This document shows, piece after piece, positions 58,492 through 64,000 of a stretch of DNA of 64,000 nucleotides. Position numbers and translations under genes: made by a program. The stretch spans positions 384,001-448,000 of the forward strand of contig CAXXJJ010000004.1 in NCBI GenBank assembly GCA_963667015.2. Reading direction: 5' to 3'. Under the pieces are notes generated by a model. The model was not told the DNA's origin and did no database searches. It saw only the letters and a program-made list of their open reading frames with translations. This stretch comes from Desulfatiglandales bacterium (GTDB lineage Bacteria; Desulfobacterota; DSM-4660; Desulfatiglandales; HGW-15). Position 1 is the first letter of the stretch, and the number at the start of each line of letters is the position of its first letter.

Positions 58492-59768
58492 TCAGCATTA
58501 TTAACATAGGAATGAACCATGAATCAGCGCCTGTCGAACTGAGAGAATGCCTTGCTGGAGACGGGATGGCCCCTGATAAAATCCTGTTAAAAATGAAAGG
58601 GACTGAACTGCTCAATGAAAGTATCTTTATTTCAACATGCAATCGTATCGAGGCATTGTGCACGACAGAAGATATTTCAGGTGCCGAGAAACTGATTGTT
58701 GACCTGATGTCTCAGGCGAGCGGGGTTTCAGAAGAAGAAATAAGGTCCCACATGTATCTATATAAAGATCTTGAGGCGGTGAAACATATCTTTAGAGTTG
58801 CTTCAAGCCTTGATTCAATGGTTGTGGGAGAACCTCAGATACTGGGGCAGGTAAAGGACGCATTCAGGCTTGCAGCCGCAAAAACGAAAACGACCGGTGT
58901 TATCATCAACAAGCTTATGCACAAAACCTTTCAGGTTGCTAAACGGGTAAGAACAGAGACCGGTATTTCAGAGACTGCTGTTTCAATAAGTTATGCCGCT
59001 GTTGAACTTGCTAAAAAGATATTTTACGGTCTTGAGGGAAAAACAGCGCTGCTTGTGGGTGCGGGAGAAATGGCTGAGCTTGCTGCAAAACATCTCATGA
59101 AACATGGGGTGGGTAATCTGGTTGTTGCAAACAGAAGTTTTGAGCGGGCAATAGAACTGGCCGGAAATATAGATGGTAAGGCTGTACTTTTTGAAGAACT
59201 GGATTCACAGCTTATTAATGCAGATATTGTCATATCTTCCACAGCAGCAACTGACTATATCATCACTGCAGACATGATTAAAAAGATCGCCAGAAAAAGA
59301 AAAAACCGGCCTCTTTTTCTCATTGATATCGCCGTACCGAGGGATATAGAGCCCAAGGTCAATAAACTCGAAAATATATTTTTATATGATATTGATGACT
59401 TGAAGGAAGTAGTTAATGAAAACAGTGAACAGAGAATGCAGGAGGCAGTAGTCGCCGAAAGGATTATAGAGGAAGAGATCCTGAAATTTGAAACCTGGCT
59501 CAGGACTCTGGATGTTGTGCCTACAATAGTTTTACTGAAAGAAAAAATAGAAGCAATAAGAGCATCAGAAATAAAAAAAAGTCTGCCGGGGCTTGGAGGC
59601 CTTACACCTGAGCAGATAAAAAGTATTGATAAATTGACAACCTCGATGTCAGAAAAGATAATAAATGATCCGATTATTTTTTTAAAGAAAATGGCGGTCA
59701 GGTCATCAAAGGATTTATTCCTTGATGCCACAAGGAAACTTTTTAATCTTGATCAGGAAAAAAAATAA
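58488..59768 (+). CDS. hemA: Glutamyl-tRNA reductase
   Basis: STCNRIE, SLDSMVVGEPQILGQVK, GAGEM and DIAVPRD motifs. Confidence 0.96.
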   Translation: MISIINIGMNHESAPVELRECLAGDGMAPDKILLKMKGTELLNESIFISTCNRIEALCTTEDISGAEKLIVDLMSQASGVSEEEIRSHMYLYKDLEAVKHIFRVASSLDSMVVGEPQILGQVKDAFRLAAAKTKTTGVIINKLMHKTFQVAKRVRTETGISETAVSISYAAVELAKKIFYGLEGKTALLVGAGEMAELAAKHLMKHGVGNLVVANRSFERAIELAGNIDGKAVLFEELDSQLINADIVISSTAATDYIITADMIKKIARKRKNRPLFLIDIAVPRDIEPKVNKLENIFLYDIDDLKEVVNENSEQRMQEAVVAERIIEEEILKFETWLRTLDVVPTIVLLKEKIEAIRASEIKKSLPGLGGLTPEQIKSIDKLTTSMSEKIINDPIIFLKKMAVRSSKDLFLDATRKLFNLDQEKK

Positions 59769-59778
59769 AGGAAATAAA

Positions 59779-60138
59779 ATGGAAATAGAAAAAATTATCA
59801 ACAAAATTAAAAATGATGAGAACAGTGACAGTATTGGTATGATAGCAAGCCACCTTGGTATTGTGCGCAGTTTTTCCAGGAACGGTAAAGATGTTGAGGC
59901 GGTAGACGTCAAATATCATATGGATACTCTTGGCGATATTATTAAAAATATCAAGGCAATGCCTGGAATAGTTGCTGTAGAAGTTGAGGTAAATGAGGGG
60001 CATCTGAAGGTCGGAGATGAACTCATGTTTGTAGCAGTGGGTGGGGATATAAGAGAGAATGTTTTTGCTGCACTTATTGAGGCTGTAGAACAAATTAAAA
60101 AAAGTGCGGTTACTAAACAGGAAATATTCATATCATAG
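59779..60138 (+). CDS. moaE: Molybdopterin synthase catalytic subunit MoaE-like
   Basis: GMIASHLGIVR, G.LKVGD..M.VAVGGDIRE and KQE motifs; start ATG 59779. Confidence 0.75.
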   Translation: MEIEKIINKIKNDENSDSIGMIASHLGIVRSFSRNGKDVEAVDVKYHMDTLGDIIKNIKAMPGIVAVEVEVNEGHLKVGDELMFVAVGGDIRENVFAALIEAVEQIKKSAVTKQEIFIS

Positions 60139-60150
60139 ATTAGATAAGAG

Positions 60151-60591
60151 GTGATTAATATGGGAATGGCTGATATTACTGAAAAACCAATAATAAAACG
60201 ATCTGCAAAGGCATCAGGCAGATTGTATCTAAGGCCGGAAACAATAAATGAAATCAAGGCAGGGACTGTTAAAAAGGGTGATCCACTTCTTATTGCAGAA
60301 GTAGCAGGAATGAACGCTGCAAAGCAGACGCATCTGCTTATCCCTCACTGTCATCAGATCCCTCTTGATATAGTAAAGGTGGATTATACTGTAAACGATG
60401 ACTTCATTGATGCTGTCTGTACTGTAAGCGCCCAGGCAAGGACGGGTGTTGAAATGGAGGCCCTTGTCGGAGTATCTATCGCACTTAATACTATTCTTGA
60501 TACAGTAAAATATATCGAGAAGGATGAGAACGGCCAATACCCTTTTACAATGATAACAGACATTAAGGTTGTTTTTAAAAAGAAGGGATAG
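60151..60591 (+). CDS. moaC: Cyclic pyranopterin monophosphate synthase MoaC
   Basis: KGD, AAKQT..LIPHCH and TGVEMEAL motifs. Confidence 0.92.
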   Translation: MINMGMADITEKPIIKRSAKASGRLYLRPETINEIKAGTVKKGDPLLIAEVAGMNAAKQTHLLIPHCHQIPLDIVKVDYTVNDDFIDAVCTVSAQARTGVEMEALVGVSIALNTILDTVKYIEKDENGQYPFTMITDIKVVFKKKG

Positions 60592-60624
60592 CAGGAATTA
60601 AAAAAAATGTAAGGAATCGAATCT

Positions 60625-60755
60625 GTAGGGGCACGGCGCACCGTGCCCGAAATGAATGTGTTGCAAACTCTTAGGGCACGATGCGTCGTGCCCCTGCATC
60701 AAGTTTCCCGGTAATATGAAGAAACCCAGGGGGCGAATAATTATTCGCCCTTTAC
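60625..60755. repeat. Cluster of GTAG-type REP-like palindromes
   Basis: GTAG-GGGCACGG-CGCA-CCGTGCCC; inverted partner 60674-60697; perfect palindrome GGGCGAATAATTATTCGCCC at 60731-60750. Confidence 0.75.
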
Positions 60756-61844
60756 TGCCTGATTTTCGTTAGAAGCCCCCAATGACACCGCCACTGTTTT
60801 TATCAGTGCAAAAACATCCTTTCCTTCGTTAAGTTCCAGCTTATAACATGAATGACGGCTTATTCTTGCATGGAGAAGGAGCCCGATATCAACATATACA
60901 TCAACGAAAGGACCACCATTATCCACTATGGTCTTAACTTTCCCTGCAAAGATATTATGAAAACTTGTATCTTCCGGTTTTTTCAGTGCTATTGCCACAT
61001 GCTTTGCAGAAATCCTGACCCGTATAGGCATTCCTTTAGGGGCCTGAACAGGGGGAACGGTCAGATATAAGGATCCGAAACGCAGCTGTGTAAGGCCTGC
61101 ACAGTTGTCAGGATCATCCACAATTCCCGAAATAACGGATCCATGATCCTCCATGCCGAGATGTTTCTGAATATCCGGTCTTGAGAAGAGATGTTCAGGG
61201 CTTCCCGATGCAACCACATTTCCTGAATCCATTATTACAATTTTATCAGCCAGATTGAGAATCTCATCTATTATGTGGCTTACATAAAGAATCGGGATTT
61301 TATATTCACGCGAAAGTCGTGTTATAAATGGAAGAACCTCTGCCTTTCTCTGTGGGTCCAGTGATGCAAGGGGTTCATCCATCAGCAGCATGGCCGGGCT
61401 TGTAAGGAGTGCCCTTCCTATGGCAACTCGCTGTTTTTCTCCTCCGGAAAGCTTTGACGGTCTTCGATCCAGAAGATGACCGATACCCAGCAGTTCTACA
61501 ACAGAATCAAATGATACAAAACGAAGTTCAGGAGGTGTCAGTCTCAGCCCATATGTAAGGTTGCTATGCACAGAAATGTGCGGGAAAAGTCTGGCATCCT
61601 GAAAAACATAGCCTATACGGCGTCGTTCTGTTGGTAGATTAATCTTCTTTTCAGAATCAAAAAGACAGAGATCTTTAACCGATATATGACCCCTGTCAGG
61701 AGTAATAAGACCTGAGACCATGTTGATTACGGATGTCTTACCGGCACCCGAAGGACCGAAAAGGGCAGTAACTCCGGTTTCTGCTCCTGAAAAACTTGTA
61801 TTAATTAAAAAATCTCCCTGCTTCCGGCATATATTAACTTCCAT
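60741..61844 (-). CDS. modC: Molybdate ABC transporter ATPase
   Basis: GPSGAGKT, LSGGEKQ, LMDEP and TOBE/mop tail. Confidence 0.93.
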   Translation of the reverse strand: MEVNICRKQGDFLINTSFSGAETGVTALFGPSGAGKTSVINMVSGLITPDRGHISVKDLCLFDSEKKINLPTERRRIGYVFQDARLFPHISVHSNLTYGLRLTPPELRFVSFDSVVELLGIGHLLDRRPSKLSGGEKQRVAIGRALLTSPAMLLMDEPLASLDPQRKAEVLPFITRLSREYKIPILYVSHIIDEILNLADKIVIMDSGNVVASGSPEHLFSRPDIQKHLGMEDHGSVISGIVDDPDNCAGLTQLRFGSLYLTVPPVQAPKGMPIRVRISAKHVAIALKKPEDTSFHNIFAGKVKTIVDNGGPFVDVYVDIGLLLHARISRHSCYKLELNEGKDVFALIKTVAVSLGASNENQAVKGE

Positions 61845-61850
61845 TAATAA

Positions 61851-62549
61851 TTATCCTTTCAGACGGGCGGAAAAACGCCGGGAAGTCAGTTCAGAGAAGA
61901 GCAGGGCGGCCATGGCTATCAATATTGAGAGTATGCAAAGTCGCATAGCCCCAATCTCACCGTCAGGCACCTGGGTAAAGGTATACAGTGCAAGAGGTAT
62001 TGTCTGAGTCTGTCCCTGTATATTGGATACAAATGTGATAGTGGCTCCGAATTCACCAAGGCTTCTGGCAAACGCGAGAATCATTCCTGTGATGATCCCC
62101 GGTATTGTGAGTGGAAGAGTAATGGTAAAGAATACTCTGAAAGGGCCGGCACCCAGTGTACGGGCCGCGGCTTCGAGTCCCTGATCCACCCCTTCAAGAG
62201 ATAATCTTACTGACCTTACAAGAAGAGGAAATGACATTACAGCAGCTGCCAGCACTGCACCTTTCCAGTTAAAGGCAAACACAATACCGGTGTATTTATA
62301 TAAAAAAGCCCCTATGGCGCCATTCCGGCCAAGAAGTATAAGGAGAATATATCCTGTTACAACGGGTGGAATAACCAGAGGAAGATGAATTATTCCGTCA
62401 ATGATATTTTTGCCCGGAAATTTATGACGGGCAAGAAGCCATGAAATAAAAATACCGATGGGAAGACTTACAGCAACCGACCACATCGATACTCTGAGAC
62501 TCAGCTTGAGGGCCTCTATTTCTATTTCAGTTAATTGCCAGAAATGCAT
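61851..62549 (-). CDS. modB: Molybdate ABC transporter permease
   Basis: HLPLVIPPVVTG, EAAARTLG and FARSLGEFGAT motifs. Confidence 0.95.
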   Translation of the reverse strand: MHFWQLTEIEIEALKLSLRVSMWSVAVSLPIGIFISWLLARHKFPGKNIIDGIIHLPLVIPPVVTGYILLILLGRNGAIGAFLYKYTGIVFAFNWKGAVLAAAVMSFPLLVRSVRLSLEGVDQGLEAAARTLGAGPFRVFFTITLPLTIPGIITGMILAFARSLGEFGATITFVSNIQGQTQTIPLALYTFTQVPDGEIGAMRLCILSILIAMAALLFSELTSRRFSARLKG

Positions 62550-63334
62550 TATTTTACTTCAAATCCATACTTTAAAAAAATTTCCTGAACATCCTGAGAT
62601 TTAAGAAAAATCAGGAAGGAAATTGCAGCTTTGGATTTTCCTCCAGATACGACTGATATCGGGTATACTATTGGAGGATGGCATTCAGCAGAGAATACCC
62701 CTGCAACCCGAACCTTTTTTGATATTGCAGCGTCTGTGGTATAAACCAGACCCAGCGGGGTCTCTGTCCGTTCCACCATTACAAGAGCAGCCCTGACATC
62801 TTTCATGGGCGCGATACGACCGCTGATCTTCTCCCATAATTTCAATGATTCAAGTGCCTGTTTGCCGTATATACCGGCAGGAACATGCTCCGGATCGCCA
62901 ATTGCCAGCCTTCCGTCTTTTCCGAGAAACAATGATAAATCCAAACCCTGTTTTATGTCAATCTCCTGAACATTGCTTTGAGATGGAACAATAAGTGCTA
63001 TTCGGTTACCAAGCAGGTCAAATCGGGTTGCTTTTTGAATCGCCCCTTTTTCTTCAAGGTAATCCATCCATTTTTTATTGGCAGAAAGGAAAATATCTGC
63101 AGGAGCACCATTGGCGATCTGCTTTGCGAGTGTTGATGAGGAGGCAAAGGAAGTTTTTATTTTTCCAAGGCCTTTTGCCTTATATAGTTCAACTACCTCT
63201 GTTACTGCGTTGGTAGTTGATGCAGCTGCGAATAAAGTTAAATCATCTTCAGCTGCCATGATGTCCAGAGTCAATCCGAAAATAGTAAAAAAAATAGTCA
63301 TTAAAATAAGGAATATCTTTGCTGAAGATTTCAT
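62549..63334 (-). CDS. modA: Molybdate ABC transporter periplasmic binding protein
   Basis: Signal peptide; FAAAS, FASSSTLAKQI..GAPAD and VPAGIY motifs. Confidence 0.95.
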   Translation of the reverse strand: MKSSAKIFLILMTIFFTIFGLTLDIMAAEDDLTLFAAASTTNAVTEVVELYKAKGLGKIKTSFASSSTLAKQIANGAPADIFLSANKKWMDYLEEKGAIQKATRFDLLGNRIALIVPSQSNVQEIDIKQGLDLSLFLGKDGRLAIGDPEHVPAGIYGKQALESLKLWEKISGRIAPMKDVRAALVMVERTETPLGLVYTTDAAISKKVRVAGVFSAECHPPIVYPISVVSGGKSKAAISFLIFLKSQDVQEIFLKYGFEVK

Positions 63335-63364
63335 TATTGCCTCATTATTTAAAGTAATAAATGT

Positions 63365-63407
63365 TGTCGTCTTAAAACGACAGATGTGTTGTCATATTTA
63401 CATATGA
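63365..63407. promoter_or_regulatory. Two palindromes in the modA promoter (candidate Mo/W regulator sites)
   Basis: TGTCGT-N6-ACGACA (63365-63382) and TCATAT-N4-ATATGA (63392-63407), downstream of a minus-strand TTGACC. Confidence 0.55.
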
Positions 63408-63457
63408 TCTAATTTTTGGTCAAGGTTTTTAAACCGGGTTAGCGAATAAAAGAAGAT

Positions 63458-64000
63458 TTATGAGGAATATTTTTTGATTATAACTGAAAATTCATCAATA
63501 TTTATCGGCTTGGAGATATAGTCATTCATCCCTGCCTCAAGAAAGCTTTCTTTATCACCCTTCATGGCATGAGCCGTCATAGCAATTATAGGTATTTTAT
63601 TGTTGATGCGGGATGAATTTGAGTTTCTGATTTTAATGGTTGCCTCTATCCCATCCATCACGGGCATCTGAACATCCATTAAAACAATATCGAAATCACT
63701 GTTTTCAAGTGCCTCAATTGCTTCAAGGCCGTTATTGGCGATTGTTACTTCATGTCCCCATTTTTTGCCAAGGATACTGGTAGCAACCTTCTGGTTGACA
63801 ATATTATCCTCTGCCAGCAGGATTTTAAGCTTATGGCTGTCTCCCGATTTGTCCTGTGGCTGTCCTGTATTTTTATTTATGCTATCAGGCAGATCACCAA
63901 ATGTTGTAACTATGGTTTGTATTAAATTCTTCTGAAGCACAGGTTTTTGAAGGTAACTTTCAATCCCCGCTTTATGGCGTTTTTCAATATCCCCTTTTTC
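63458..64000 (-). CDS. C-terminal REC domains of a hybrid histidine kinase (5' part outside window)
   Basis: Frame open to the window edge (…AGIESYLQKPV…); LAEDNIVNQ, DVQMPVMDG, AMTAHA and SKP motifs. Confidence 0.85.
   Translation of the reverse strand, partial: EKGDIEKRHKAGIESYLQKPVLQKNLIQTIVTTFGDLPDSINKNTGQPQDKSGDSHKLKILLAEDNIVNQKVATSILGKKWGHEVTIANNGLEAIEALENSDFDIVLMDVQMPVMDGIEATIKIRNSNSSRINNKIPIIAMTAHAMKGDKESFLEAGMNDYISKPINIDEFSVIIKKYSS

Overview
An AT-rich bacterial chromosomal window. Gene content suggests an anaerobic Desulfobacterota/deltaproteobacterium, but this is inference. Left to right: (1) 1-13.8 kb, the end of a chemotaxis/flagellar region with cheY, two flaG paralogues, fliS, a 1015-aa fliD and fliC, interleaved with REC, HD-GYP, PilZ and histidine-kinase genes and carrying clear sigma54 and sigma28 promoters. 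(2) 13.9-33.9 kb, a probable flagellin-glycosylation island: TPR-glycosyltransferases, neuB/neuC, a YerE-like TPP enzyme, two pyruvyltransferase-like genes, rfbFGH and a small MerR-type regulator. (3) 35.8-41.9 kb, a lexA-imuB-dnaE2 SOS mutagenesis cassette. Both of its gene junctions contain a single-gene module bounded by inverted repeats (a four-helix-bundle gene and a GxxExxY nuclease-fold gene), and an unusual four-fold operator overlaps the lexA promoter. (4) 42-64 kb, housekeeping and metabolism: alpha2-type glyS with an apparent ATC start, a DEAD-box helicase, ygiQ, a kinase/sigma54-activator cascade, metVF, thiolase, sirC-ccsA-hemA, moaEC, REP-like palindromes and modABC. The most interesting signal is the family of repeat-flanked intervening cassettes, together with empty or orphan copies of their flanks elsewhere in the window. 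No rRNA, tRNA, CRISPR array or transposase was seen. All family assignments come from motif recognition, not database searches.
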